Shown here piece after piece: positions 27,520-37,189 of a stretch of DNA of 63,179 nt (within the stretch, counting starts at the first letter, position 1; every line of letters starts with the position of its first letter). The stretch spans positions 1 to 63,179 of the forward strand of contig CBDUZI010000003.1 in assembly GCA_965371665.1 (NCBI GenBank), read 5' to 3'. The position numbers were made by a program, and so were the translations under genes. The notes below the pieces were generated by a model, which was not told the origin of the DNA, made no database searches, and saw nothing but the letters and a program-made list of their open reading frames with translations. The DNA is from an uncultured bacterium (GTDB taxonomy: Bacteria; Oederibacteriota; JAAXVQ01; JAUVAV01).

Positions 27520-28917
27520 TTATTTGTTTTCCGGTTCTCCCAGTTTCTGATAGGGTCTTCCCCGGTACCGGACTCCCAAACCTTTAGCCAAGGCCTGCAA
27601 CTCGGCGGTTTTTACTTCCGGCATTTCCACGGCCGTCAAATTCACTCTATATCCGGCTTTTCCGGCCCGGGTAATAAAATCGATTACTGCGGCATGGGTC
27701 CGGTCCCCGGTGGCCGGCCGAACCATTTTAAAATACTGCTCAGGATCAACGGTATTTAAGGATATTGACCACTCATCCACAACTTCCCGGCACTGCGGCA
27801 GAATATCGCGTCCGAAAATCATATCCGCCTGGCCGTTAGTATCCACCCTCACCCATCCCCCCCGGGATTTAACCTTCCGGGCGATCTCCAGCATGGTAGC
27901 GAGCCGCAACAGGGGCTCTCCGAATCCACAAAATACAATCTCGGAATAGTCCCGGGGATCTCCTATGGCCGCTATAACCTCCTCAGCCCGGGGTTCCCGC
28001 TTCAGGGTCAACTCATAATTTTGGACCCGGCGATTAACCCGCCGGGGACAAAAAACACAATTCGCACTGCAGCGGTTAGTGAGGTTAATATATAAATGTC
28101 CTTGGATATTATATACCATCACGCCCGGATCGCACCCGCTGATTTTAAACAATTGGCGGGCATTCCGGCTGGTCTGCTCCGCCGCAACCGCGGGTGAAAT
28201 ATTTTTTATCCGGGCTACGGCTTCCGCCACTTTGAGAACATTAGCCGGTTCATTTCTCTTGCCCCGTTGCTCCTGGGGCGGCAGATAAGGCGAATCGGTC
28301 TCCAGCAAGAGCCGGTCATCCGGCAGGGCGCGCGCCACCGCACGCACGGATTCAGCGCGGGGATAGGTAATCGTTCCTCCGATCCCGGCGTGAAAACCCA
28401 AATCCAGAACCTCGGGCAGATGCTCTATTCCGCCATCATAACAGTGCAGCACCCCGCCGCCGGGAAAAGGGCCTTGCTGCCGGAGCAATTGCAGGCCATC
28501 ATCAAAGGCCTCCCGGATATGTATGATCAAGGGCAGTTCAAAAATTCTGGCCAGTTCAAGCTGCCGGCTAAAACCGGCCTGTTGAGCTTTTCGGTCCGGG
28601 GCCGGGTAATCCGGAAAAACATGATAGTCCAAACCAATCTCGCCCAGGGCTACAACTTTTTCCCGGCTCAGCCATTCGGGCAGTTCCTTAAGCTCCGGCT
28701 CGCAGCCCGGTTTAAATTCATGCGGATGCACGCCCATGGCCGCGTAAATACCACTATGCGCGCGGGCCAGTTCCCACCCCCTCTGGTTGGCTTCCAGGCT
28801 GGAACCGGCATTTAGCATGGTATGTACCCCAGCCTCTCCGGCACGCCTGATAACCTGCTCACGGTCCGGATCAAAAGCCTGTTCTTCAAGATGAACGTGC
28901 GTATCAATTAAATCCAT
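27520..28917 (-). CDS. Fusion protein: TatD/YabD-family metal-dependent hydrolase plus C-terminal radical-SAM-type domain
   Basis: N-terminus 'MDLIDTHVHLEE' and 'GEIGLDY', 'IIHIREA', 'LLETDSPYL' are TatD signatures. The C-terminal ~200 aa contain 'NLTNRCSANCVFCPRR' (CX3CX2C) and 'FCGFGEP'. Confidence 0.75.
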   Translation of the reverse strand: MDLIDTHVHLEEQAFDPDREQVIRRAGEAGVHTMLNAGSSLEANQRGWELARAHSGIYAAMGVHPHEFKPGCEPELKELPEWLSREKVVALGEIGLDYHVFPDYPAPDRKAQQAGFSRQLELARIFELPLIIHIREAFDDGLQLLRQQGPFPGGGVLHCYDGGIEHLPEVLDLGFHAGIGGTITYPRAESVRAVARALPDDRLLLETDSPYLPPQEQRGKRNEPANVLKVAEAVARIKNISPAVAAEQTSRNARQLFKISGCDPGVMVYNIQGHLYINLTNRCSANCVFCPRRVNRRVQNYELTLKREPRAEEVIAAIGDPRDYSEIVFCGFGEPLLRLATMLEIARKVKSRGGWVRVDTNGQADMIFGRDILPQCREVVDEWSISLNTVDPEQYFKMVRPATGDRTHAAVIDFITRAGKAGYRVNLTAVEMPEVKTAELQALAKGLGVRYRGRPYQKLGEPENK

Positions 28918-28940
28918 GGGGATATTTTAAACCTGCTTAA

Positions 28941-30515
28941 TTATTTTTGATTTCGGTCTTTCTTTTCCTTCTCTTTTTCAGCATCCACGATAATTCGTGG
29001 AAATAAGGGAGCCGCCTTGGCAATCGCCTGGCCGGGAGAGAGCTGTCCCCAGCCGCTGTCAGCAGGAAAACTCGGCGCACGGCCGGCTGCGGGATCACCC
29101 AATTGAGCTAAAATTTTCGGCGTAGTGTCCGGCATAAAAGGATAAATATACACCGCTACCAAGCGCAGCACTTCCAGCAAATTATACATCACGGTATTTA
29201 CCCGTCCAGCCTGCCCTTGTTTAAACAGGAGCCAGGGGGCCGAGACTTCAATATATTTATTCGCGCGATTCACCACTTCCCATACTCCGAAGAGTGCCCG
29301 CGAAAAGTTCAAGCTCGTCAGCGCCTGGTCAAAGGAACTATAAATTCCACTTGCCGCCTCGATTAAGGCCTGGTCCTCTGGCCCGGGCGCTTCTGTCACC
29401 TTTGGTACGCGTCCCTCGCAATATTTTTCCACCATAGTCAAGCTCCGGTTCAGAAGATTCCCCAGATCATTAGCCAGATCGCTGTTATAGCGTTCCACCA
29501 TTCCCTCCTCGCTGAAATCACTATCACCGGTAAAGTTGGTGGACGCTAACAACACATAACGAAAAGGATCAACCCCATATTCGCGAACCATGTCCAAAGG
29601 ATCCAGCACATTGCCCCGGGTCTTGGAAATTTTTTCTCCCTTGAGAGAGATAAACCCGTGCGCATAAATTTTTTCGGGCAGCGGCAATCCGGCGGACAGC
29701 AGCATGGCCGGCCAGATAATACAGTGAAAGCGGGTAATATCTTTGCCGATGATATGCATATTCGCCGGCCAGTAACGCTTAAACATCTCCATATCCTGCG
29801 GAAAGCCCAGGGCGGAAATGTAATTTATCAAGGCGTCAAACCAGACGTAAATAATGTGCCCGGGGTCATCCGGAAAAGGAATTCCCCATTGCGTGGAAGC
29901 GCGGGAGATGGAAATATCCCTCAATCCGCCCTTGATAATATTTACGATTTCATGGCGGCGGGTTTCCGGCTGAATAAACTCCGCATGCGTCTCAATATAC
30001 TGGAGCAGTTTTTCTGCATAACGCGAGAGCCTAAAAAAATAATTCCGTTCCGAAAGCCAAACCGGCTTAATGCTATGTACCGGGCAAACCCCGTCCCGCA
30101 ATTCGGTTTCGGTATAATAATTCTCGCACGAGTTGCAGTACCAGCCCTCATATTGTCCTGGATAGATATCACCCGCGGCCGCGGCCCGCCGCACCAGCTC
30201 TTGAGCGGCGGCGTGATGAATCGGTTCCGAGGTACGAATAAACCTGTCTAAGGAGATGTTGAGGGCTTTCCAGGTTTGTTGGAACACTTCCGCCATCCGG
30301 CCGCAATACTCCAGGGGAGTTTGGCCTTGCGCCTTGGCCTGGATTTCCACATTTGTGGAATGCTCGTCCGAACCGGTTACGAACTTCACGTCATATCCCC
30401 GGATCCGATGCCAGCGAGCCATAACGTCCGTAGCGATTTCCTCGTAGGCATGACCGATATGCGGTTTGGAATTGGCATAAGTAATCGCCGTAGTAATATA
30501 ATATTTATCACCCAT
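28941..30515 (-). CDS. metG: Methionine--tRNA ligase (short form)
   Basis: 'HIGHAYE' (HIGH), 'KISKTRGN' (KMSKS), and Zn knuckle 'CNSCENYY...CPVH'. Confidence 0.92.
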   Translation of the reverse strand: MGDKYYITTAITYANSKPHIGHAYEEIATDVMARWHRIRGYDVKFVTGSDEHSTNVEIQAKAQGQTPLEYCGRMAEVFQQTWKALNISLDRFIRTSEPIHHAAAQELVRRAAAAGDIYPGQYEGWYCNSCENYYTETELRDGVCPVHSIKPVWLSERNYFFRLSRYAEKLLQYIETHAEFIQPETRRHEIVNIIKGGLRDISISRASTQWGIPFPDDPGHIIYVWFDALINYISALGFPQDMEMFKRYWPANMHIIGKDITRFHCIIWPAMLLSAGLPLPEKIYAHGFISLKGEKISKTRGNVLDPLDMVREYGVDPFRYVLLASTNFTGDSDFSEEGMVERYNSDLANDLGNLLNRSLTMVEKYCEGRVPKVTEAPGPEDQALIEAASGIYSSFDQALTSLNFSRALFGVWEVVNRANKYIEVSAPWLLFKQGQAGRVNTVMYNLLEVLRLVAVYIYPFMPDTTPKILAQLGDPAAGRAPSFPADSGWGQLSPGQAIAKAAPLFPRIIVDAEKEKEKKDRNQK

Positions 30516-30517
30516 AA

Positions 30518-31207
30518 TTATTTCCGTATCTTCCCCTTGTCTTTTACTTCCGAGGAGGAGCGCTTTACCCGGCGGCCTTCACACTCGTAGGAAAGGCAGC
30601 ACATTAACCGTCCGCAGATCCCTGATATTTTGGCAGGATTCAGGGACAAATTTTGATCTTTTGCCATACGGATCGAAACCGAGACAAAATCCTTTAAAAA
30701 AGTACAACAGCACATCGGACGGCCGCAGCATCCCACCCCGCCCAAACGCCGGGCTTCATCCCGAACGCCTATCTGCCGCATTTCGATCTTTATCTTCAGC
30801 GCCTGGGCCAGCTCTTTTACTAATTCACGAAAGTCCACCCGATTCTCGGCCGTAAAATAAAAAATCGCCTTCCGGGCATCCAGAGTATAGCTGACATCCA
30901 CCATCTTCATGGAGAGACCTTTTTCCTGGATTTTTTTCCGGCATATCCGGTTGGCCTCTCCTTCCCGGCGTTCATTATTCTTAAGTTGTTCCTGGTCGCG
31001 GATCGTAGCCGGACGTAAAATCCGGCGTATGGACTGCGCTATTTGGTTCCCGGGCACAACGCGTCTGGTTCTAACCACTCGCGCCATGTTCGGACCATAC
31101 TCTGTCTCCACCACGCAAAAGGAATCAAGTTCCAACCGTGTCCCGGACCAAAGACCGTAAAAAACTCTCCCGCCTTTTATCAATTGTACACCTATTGCTT
31201 CCGGCAT
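30518..31207 (-). CDS. ricT: PSP1 domain protein (RicT/YaaT-like)
   Basis: Conserved position between holB and metG. Cys-rich C-terminus 'GGVGCCGRPMCCCTFL...GICGRLMCCLSYE'. Start set at ATG 31207 (AGGAG ~8 nt upstream); 31228 is also possible. Confidence 0.8.
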   Translation of the reverse strand: MPEAIGVQLIKGGRVFYGLWSGTRLELDSFCVVETEYGPNMARVVRTRRVVPGNQIAQSIRRILRPATIRDQEQLKNNERREGEANRICRKKIQEKGLSMKMVDVSYTLDARKAIFYFTAENRVDFRELVKELAQALKIKIEMRQIGVRDEARRLGGVGCCGRPMCCCTFLKDFVSVSIRMAKDQNLSLNPAKISGICGRLMCCLSYECEGRRVKRSSSEVKDKGKIRK

Positions 31208-31276
31208 ATGCTTTTCTCCTTTAATCATGACCGGTTAATATAGAATCAGTTCCTGTTGCGAAAAACAAGTTAAGCT

Positions 31277-31439
31277 CGTCACCCCGGCAAAAGATGTTGT
31301 GTCATAATTCGGATTTTTACACTTTGCCGTCATTCCGGCGAAAGCCGGACTCCATAAAAACATTGTAATATAAGCAGTATGCGTCCTGGATTCCGGCCTG
31401 TCCTGGATGGTTTCGTCCAGGGCTTTCGCCGGAATGACG
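31277..31439. repeat. Family-1 element (long variant) in the holB-ricT spacer
   Basis: 'cgtcaccccggc...ccgtcattccggcgaaagccgg...cctggattccggcctgtcctggatggtttcgtccagggctttcgccggaatgacg'. Confidence 0.8.
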
Positions 31440-31446
31440 AGACTAC

Positions 31447-32433
31447 TTATTTTCTCCCGGCCTTTGCTCCCAGTTTCATAAAAAGAACTTCCAATAAAAG
31501 CTGGGGATTAATATTTCTCTTCATCTGATGGATAGCCTTTAAAACCGTTTGGCACTTCTCTCCCAGTGACTCCGGGCTTTCACCCGCAAGGGCGGCTTCC
31601 AGTTCTGTCAGGCGATCACTATTCATAATCAGTTCGCGGGACGCCCGGCAGGATAATATCGTTAAATCGCGGAACCAGGAGAGGAGTATGTCCAGCATTT
31701 CCGGCAGTTCAGCGCGATGTTCACCCCACTGGACCGCTGCCTCCGGCCAATCGCGGGGTCCCAAATTTCTCATCGTCTCGAGAACCCGATTCCGCAACGC
31801 CTGCGTATTTTCATCCGCCAGGCGCAAGGCTTTTGCCGGACGCCCCCCGGATTGCATCGCCAGCGCCAGCGCCTGGTCCGCCTGACAGGCCAGCCGATCC
31901 TTTAGCCAGGAGGACAAAACCCGGGCTTCCAGGGGCCGGAAGCGGACCGTCTGGCAGCGCGACCGAATAGTTTCCAATAGCGCAAAAGGCTGGGTGGTAA
32001 TCATTACCAGAATTACCGCCGGCGGCGGCTCTTCCAGGAGTTTTAATAAGCTGTTGGCCGCCTCCAAGGTAAGCGTTTCAGCTGAATCAAGTATATAAAG
32101 TTTGGTACTGCCTTCCATCGGTTTTAATATTGCATCCCTTTGTAATTGTTCGCGTATCTGGTCGATTTTTAAAAATTGTCCTTCCGGCTCTATAATTCTT
32201 ACGTCCGGATGAACGCCCTGAGTAATCTTGCGGCAAGCCGGGCATTTCCCGCAAGCCTCCCCTTCCTCGGGTTTGGTACAATTAAGGTCTTGGGCTAAAG
32301 CCAGGGCGGTGGCCCGCTTGCCGACTCCTTCCGGCCCGGTAAATATAAAAGCATGCCCCAGCCGTCTATTCCGCACCGAGCGCTTAAAATATTCAATCGC
32401 CCGTGGTTGTCCTTTTATATCCCGAAACGGCAT
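31447..32433 (-). CDS. holB: DNA polymerase III delta-prime subunit
   Basis: 'FTGPEGVGKR' Walker A, Zn module 'C...CGKCPACRKI', 'SRCQ' sensor motif. Confidence 0.85.
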   Translation of the reverse strand: MPFRDIKGQPRAIEYFKRSVRNRRLGHAFIFTGPEGVGKRATALALAQDLNCTKPEEGEACGKCPACRKITQGVHPDVRIIEPEGQFLKIDQIREQLQRDAILKPMEGSTKLYILDSAETLTLEAANSLLKLLEEPPPAVILVMITTQPFALLETIRSRCQTVRFRPLEARVLSSWLKDRLACQADQALALAMQSGGRPAKALRLADENTQALRNRVLETMRNLGPRDWPEAAVQWGEHRAELPEMLDILLSWFRDLTILSCRASRELIMNSDRLTELEAALAGESPESLGEKCQTVLKAIHQMKRNINPQLLLEVLFMKLGAKAGRK

Positions 32434-32452
32434 ACTTTACTCTCCCTACTAC

Positions 32453-32620
32453 CTAGGAGTCTGTCGGACTTAAGTCATTCTCCCCCTTTTGTAAAGGGGC
32501 AGGGAGATTTAATCAATAAAACGCCCGCTTTCATATGCAAAATCCCCCTCAATCCCCCTTTTTCAAAGGGGGAAGAGTGCTCAAAATCCGATTTTGTGCC
32601 TAAGTCCGACAGGCTCCTAG
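32453..32620. repeat. Family-2 MITE-like element with ~21-bp TIRs in the tmk-holB spacer
   Basis: TIRs 'ctaggagtctgtcggacttaag' (32453-32474) and 'ctaagtccgacaggctcctag' (32600-32620). Two CCCCCTTTT-N-AAAGGGG(G) hairpins inside. Confidence 0.85.
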
Positions 32621-32659
32621 TAGCCTGTGGCTGCCCCCCATTTACATAAGTTTTACCAT

Positions 32660-33322
32660 TTATGCAACATTAATATCCCTGGGGGCGGATTTTAACCTGT
32701 TCCACACTTCCTTCCAAACTTCTCCGGCTATTGACTTAACCGGGCGATCAGCCTGGATCAGGTGAACCCGACGCGGTTCTCGCCGCGCGATTTCCAGATA
32801 AGCCTGGCGAACGCGGCGGGCAAAAGCGGATGATTCTGATTCCATCCTGTCATGTCCCTGCTTGGCCCGGAAAGCCCGGCGCAAACCTTTAGTAACATTA
32901 ATATCAAATAACAACGTGATGTCCGGCTTGAGCCCGTTCGTAGCAAAACGATTGGCCGCCGTGACAAATCTCGGAGAAAGTCCCCGGCCGCCTACTTGGT
33001 AGGCATACGTAGAATCTGTAAAGCGTTCGCATAAGACAATACATCGGTTGATTAAAGCCGGTTGGATGAGCGTACGAACATGCTGGGCCCGGGCCGCCAG
33101 GAAAAGCAGAAGTTCGGTTTCAACCGTAGGCGGCGTTCCCTGGTTGGAGAGTAGCATTAAACGGATTTTTTCCGCCAATGGATGCCCTCCCGGTTCTCTA
33201 GTCTCAACTACCTTTAACCCGGCTTGCTTTAGGCTTTGCGCCAAACATTTAAATTGGGTGCTTTTACCCGATCCATCCGGTCCTTCCAAAGTTATAAAAA
33301 AACCGCGTTTTTTGGGACCCAT
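32660..33322 (-). CDS. tmk: Thymidylate kinase
   Basis: 'ITLEGPDGSGKSTQ' P-loop, 'TREPGG', 'CERFTDSTYAYQ'. Confidence 0.92.
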   Translation of the reverse strand: MGPKKRGFFITLEGPDGSGKSTQFKCLAQSLKQAGLKVVETREPGGHPLAEKIRLMLLSNQGTPPTVETELLLFLAARAQHVRTLIQPALINRCIVLCERFTDSTYAYQVGGRGLSPRFVTAANRFATNGLKPDITLLFDINVTKGLRRAFRAKQGHDRMESESSAFARRVRQAYLEIARREPRRVHLIQADRPVKSIAGEVWKEVWNRLKSAPRDINVA

Positions 33323-33469
33323 TTGGCATCAATTAATACCCCTGAACTAAATATCGCGGGGCGTCCTTTCATTCTTTTCCTTAACAAATACTATACAGAC
33401 ATTATACTTAACAATCTCTCATGCCTTTTATAAAACACTATATATAGAAAATCAAGTTTTGTTTAATTT

Positions 33470-33500
33470 ATATTTATCCACAGAGCCTGTGGATAAATAT
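33470..33500. promoter_or_regulatory. Perfect 14-bp-arm palindrome containing two inverted consensus DnaA boxes
   Basis: atatTTATCCACAg-agc-cTGTGGATAAatat. TTATCCACA at 33474-33482 and TGTGGATAA at 33488-33496, in an AT-rich spacer between fhs and tmk. Confidence 0.45.
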
Positions 33501-33599
33501 AAATTATTTGTGGGATTCAGCAAAACTCTTTAAAAACAGCCTTTTTTATAGAGACATATTTATCAGCCCAGTGGGTAAATAGTGCTTTCTGCCTAAAAA

Positions 33600-35318
33600 T
33601 CAAAACAATCCTTTTACTATTCCATCCTCCGTCAGGTCAATATTATTTCCAGCCGGCTGGGAGGGCAACCCCGGCATGGTCCGCATATCTCCCAGCAGGG
33701 GATAAAGAAATCCGGCTCCAACCGAAGCACGTACATCACGCACTGGTATACGGAAATTCCGGGGCCGTCCTTTAAGTTTGGGATCATGCGAAAGGGATAA
33801 ATGGGTTTTTGCCATGCATATCGGAAGCCGGTCAAAACCCATATCCGTATATAATTTTATTTTATTTTCCGCCATCGGCAAATAATCCACCCCATCGGCC
33901 CCATAGATTTTGGTGGCTATAGTCTCTATCTTATCCTTGACCGAAGCCTCCAAGGAATAGAGAAATTTAAAATTCGAGGTTTGATCAGCCGCCGCGACCA
34001 CGGCTTCAGCCAGTTCCCGTCCGCCGGCTCCTCCGCGGGCATGGACTTCCGAGCATACCGCGGCCTGCGCGCCGAATTGCAAGGCTTGCCCGCGCACCAG
34101 TTCTATTTCTTGTTCCGTATCAGTACTAAAACGGTTAATCGCTACGACTACCGGCACACCGTGCAGCCGTACCGCCTGGATATGCTGCTCCAGATTTTCG
34201 CAACCCAGTATAAGCGCTTCATCATTCGGAGCCGCCGCTACTGCCGAATCTAAAGGCTTACCGGGACGGACTTCGAAAGCATTCCCGTGCATCTTCAAAG
34301 CCCGTATCGTACAAGTCAGAATAACCGCGTCAGGCTTCAATCCTGAATAACGGCATTTAATATTCATGAATTTTTCGCATCCGCAATCCGCTCCAAAACC
34401 ACTCTCCGTCACTACATACTCCGCCAAACGCAGAGCCATCTGGTCGGCAATAATCGAAGAGTTTCCATGCGCGATATTGGCAAAAGGCCCGGCATGCACT
34501 AAAACCGGGGTATGCTCCAAAGTTTGCATAAGGGTCGGCATGATGGCGTCTTTCATCAATACGGCCATGGATCCGGCGCATTGCAGCGCCTCGGCCGTGA
34601 TTGGTTGTCCGCTGCGATTTGCACCGATAACGATAGCTCCCAGACGCGTTCGCATATCCTTTAAATCCCGGGCCAAAGCCAGAATGGCCATAACCTCCGA
34701 CGCTACGGCTATATCAAACCCGGTTTCCCGGACACAGCCGTTCTCCCGACCGCCTAACCCGATTACTATTTGGCGCAGGGCCCGGTCTGAAATATCCACC
34801 ACCCGGCGCCAGGTAATTGCGAAAGGATCAATATCCAGCTTATTACCATGCAGCAGGTGGGAATCAATATAGGCGGCCAAGAGGTTATTAGCCAGAGAAA
34901 CGGCATGGATATCTCCGGTTAAATGAAGATTGAAATCCTCCATGGGCACTACTTGTGAATAACCTCCGCCGGCGGCGCCGCCTTTAATTCCGAATACCGG
35001 GCCCAGGGATGGCTGACGAATACAGGTAACCACTCGTTTTCCGATCTTGGCCAGCGCTTGGGAAACCCCTATGGTAGTAACGGTCTTGCCCTCGCCCAGA
35101 GGCGTCGGGGTAATGGCGGTTACATCAATATATTTTCCCGGCGGCTGATCCGACCTGCGCTTGATAATATCCAGATGTACCTTGGCTTTGTATCTTCCAT
35201 AAAGTTCCAAATCCTCGCTGCCTAATCCAAGTTCTCCGGCTATCTCGGATATGGGGCGCAGGATCGCCTTTTGCGCAATTTCAAGATCACTGGGTATTTT
35301 ATGAAGCTTTACGTTCAC
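33600..35318 (-). CDS. fhs: Formate--tetrahydrofolate ligase
   Basis: 'TPTPLGEGKTVTTIG' P-loop; length 572 aa; typical FTHFS motifs throughout. Confidence 0.93.
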   Translation of the reverse strand: MNVKLHKIPSDLEIAQKAILRPISEIAGELGLGSEDLELYGRYKAKVHLDIIKRRSDQPPGKYIDVTAITPTPLGEGKTVTTIGVSQALAKIGKRVVTCIRQPSLGPVFGIKGGAAGGGYSQVVPMEDFNLHLTGDIHAVSLANNLLAAYIDSHLLHGNKLDIDPFAITWRRVVDISDRALRQIVIGLGGRENGCVRETGFDIAVASEVMAILALARDLKDMRTRLGAIVIGANRSGQPITAEALQCAGSMAVLMKDAIMPTLMQTLEHTPVLVHAGPFANIAHGNSSIIADQMALRLAEYVVTESGFGADCGCEKFMNIKCRYSGLKPDAVILTCTIRALKMHGNAFEVRPGKPLDSAVAAAPNDEALILGCENLEQHIQAVRLHGVPVVVAINRFSTDTEQEIELVRGQALQFGAQAAVCSEVHARGGAGGRELAEAVVAAADQTSNFKFLYSLEASVKDKIETIATKIYGADGVDYLPMAENKIKLYTDMGFDRLPICMAKTHLSLSHDPKLKGRPRNFRIPVRDVRASVGAGFLYPLLGDMRTMPGLPSQPAGNNIDLTEDGIVKGLF

Positions 35319-35416
35319 GATATCCTCCTTCCTCTCTTTCCCTGCTGTAAAAACAAAAAACGCGCCGAAGGCCTACGACGCGGTTTAAAAAATCTCCCCT
35401 CAATCTATATATTCCC

Positions 35417-35443
35417 AAGCAGGGGCACGCCGTGCCCCTGCTT
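35417..35443. repeat. Perfect 13-bp-arm GC-rich palindrome
   Basis: 'aagcaggggcacg-c-cgtgcccctgctt', between the HEAT-protein stop and the fhs start. Confidence 0.7.
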
Positions 35444-35458
35444 AATAAAGCAACCCCT

Positions 35459-36880
35459 TTATTTTTTCTTTTTACTGCTCTTCTTTTTGCTGCTTTTCTT
35501 GCTTTTTTTCGCCTCGGTCTTTTTCGAGACAGTCGCATCCGGTTTAGACTCCGGAGTAGCAACCTTGGTCAGGTCGTCCTGGGAAACTCCCGGTATTTGT
35601 TTTGCCGGCGCCCGCGTCCTGGTTTTGGCTTTTTGCCGGCTATCCATTTTCTCAAGTACATTCTGAATACGCCTTTTAATCCATCGGCTTTTTTCTTGTC
35701 CCAATGCCTGTTTAAGAATGCTTTTGGCTTGGGAATTCTTTATTTCCCCCAAGGCGGAAACCGCAGCCCAGCGCACGCGCTCTATTTCATCTTCCATCAG
35801 TTTACTTAAGGCCTTAATGGCCTGGTTACCTTTTATCCGGCCTAAGGCTTCCGCGGCCTCTTCCCGAACATACTCATCTTTATCTCCGGCCATTTTAAGA
35901 ATAATACCAATATTCCTGGCATCCGCTATTTGAGCCAGCGCATGCGCGGCCGCGGATCGGACTACCCGCTTCTTTTCCGTAAGCAAGGGAAGCAGTACCG
36001 GAATAGCTCTCTGGGCACCCAACCGGCCTAAGGCCAAGGCCGCCTCCCGGCGCATGGAACTATGCTCATCACTCAGCGCCCGGATTAAAACGTCCTCGGC
36101 CCGGGCATCACCGATATTTCCCAGCGCCATAATAGCGGAACGCTTAGGATAAAGTTCCTTTTTCCCGGTTAACTGGATTAAATCCGGTACTGCGGCCCGG
36201 GCTTTTATCCTTCCCAGGGCCATGGCAGCATCGCCCTGCAGCATTGGTACATTTGAACGGAGAGCGCGCCGAATATGATCAACTACTTGGTCACCTTTAA
36301 ACTTGGTCAAGACCCAAATAACCCGCCGCTGAACGAGAATCTCCTTGTCGTCCAGCGCTTTATATAAATCCGGCAAAACGCTTCTATCCGGGGATAAACC
36401 CAAGGCGATTACCGCCTGCTCCCGGACTTTGGTTGAAGGATCCTTAAGAAAACCCTTGATCGCCGGTATTTTCTCTTTTCCTCCCAATTTAACCGTGGTC
36501 AAAACCGCCGCCGCCCGGACCTCCCCGCTTTTATCTTTCAACAGAGGCTCAACCTGATCCAGTTGTGATTTGTCGCCCCACGCCCGCATGGATACTAAAG
36601 CATTGGCGCGTACTTTCTCGTCCTTATCCTGCAGGGCTTTAAGCAGCTTTGGCACTACGGATTTATCGCCTACGCCGCCTAGCGACATAACCGCCCGGCG
36701 CCGCTCGGCCGGATCATTGGAATCGAGCATGCGTGAATATTGACTGATCATGGATTTTCTTTTGTGTTTCCAAGAGCGAGGCGATTGTAGTTGCAGAGCC
36801 GCAATAATCGCTCCAGCCGCGGCCACCAGCACTACCATGATAATCCAGATGATCTTGGTTTTCTGAGTTGCCATCCCCAT
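35459..36880 (-). CDS. Membrane-anchored HEAT-repeat (PBS-lyase type) protein with poly-Lys/Ser tail
   Basis: N-terminal TM IIWIIMVVLVAAAGAIIAAL. More than 10 repeats of the form 'xxVRxxAxxALGxxGDxxAVPxLxxxL'. C-terminal 'KKSKKSSKKKSSKKKK'. Confidence 0.75.
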   Translation of the reverse strand: MGMATQKTKIIWIIMVVLVAAAGAIIAALQLQSPRSWKHKRKSMISQYSRMLDSNDPAERRRAVMSLGGVGDKSVVPKLLKALQDKDEKVRANALVSMRAWGDKSQLDQVEPLLKDKSGEVRAAAVLTTVKLGGKEKIPAIKGFLKDPSTKVREQAVIALGLSPDRSVLPDLYKALDDKEILVQRRVIWVLTKFKGDQVVDHIRRALRSNVPMLQGDAAMALGRIKARAAVPDLIQLTGKKELYPKRSAIMALGNIGDARAEDVLIRALSDEHSSMRREAALALGRLGAQRAIPVLLPLLTEKKRVVRSAAAHALAQIADARNIGIILKMAGDKDEYVREEAAEALGRIKGNQAIKALSKLMEDEIERVRWAAVSALGEIKNSQAKSILKQALGQEKSRWIKRRIQNVLEKMDSRQKAKTRTRAPAKQIPGVSQDDLTKVATPESKPDATVSKKTEAKKSKKSSKKKSSKKKK

Positions 36881-36990
36881 CCTCCTTATCGAATCAGGTA
36901 GATAATAATTTCATAAACAAAAAAGATTATAACATATCATTAAAAAACACGCATTAAAAAATATAAGCCGCATGTAATATTCAGCGTCGG

Positions 36991-37067
36991 CAGGAGACCG
37001 TCGGATTTAACAACTAAAGACGTTTTTCCGAATCCCCCCTTTTCAAAAAGGGGGCTGGGGGGATTTT
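36991..37067. repeat. Degenerate family-2 element
   Basis: 'caggagaccgtcggatttaa' is TIR-like. Core 'aatccccccttttcaaaaagggggctggggggatttt'. Confidence 0.55.
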
Positions 37068-37189
37068 ACAAATAATAAATCAGGTTGGCTACCCTGGGGC
37101 TTGTCCCAAGGCGGTTCATTCCAAAAAGGAATGAATTGATTGTCTGCTTTTCTTATTATCTCGTTTAGTATCACGTTTATATTTTAGTA

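Noticed and set aside
33323-33599. The AT-rich spacer with two consensus DnaA boxes as the chromosomal replication origin.
   Set aside because: There are only two boxes, forming one palindrome. No dnaA, dnaN or gidA neighbourhood is present, and gene orientation does not switch here (both flanking genes are on the minus strand). It is kept as a possible regulatory or titration site only.
35271-35809. ORFs 35271-35666, 35299-35562 and 35432-35809 with poly-Leu/Phe or poly-Lys/Arg runs.
   Set aside because: They are alternative-frame or antisense readings of the AAG/AAA-rich segment that encodes the Lys/Ser tail of the HEAT-repeat protein.
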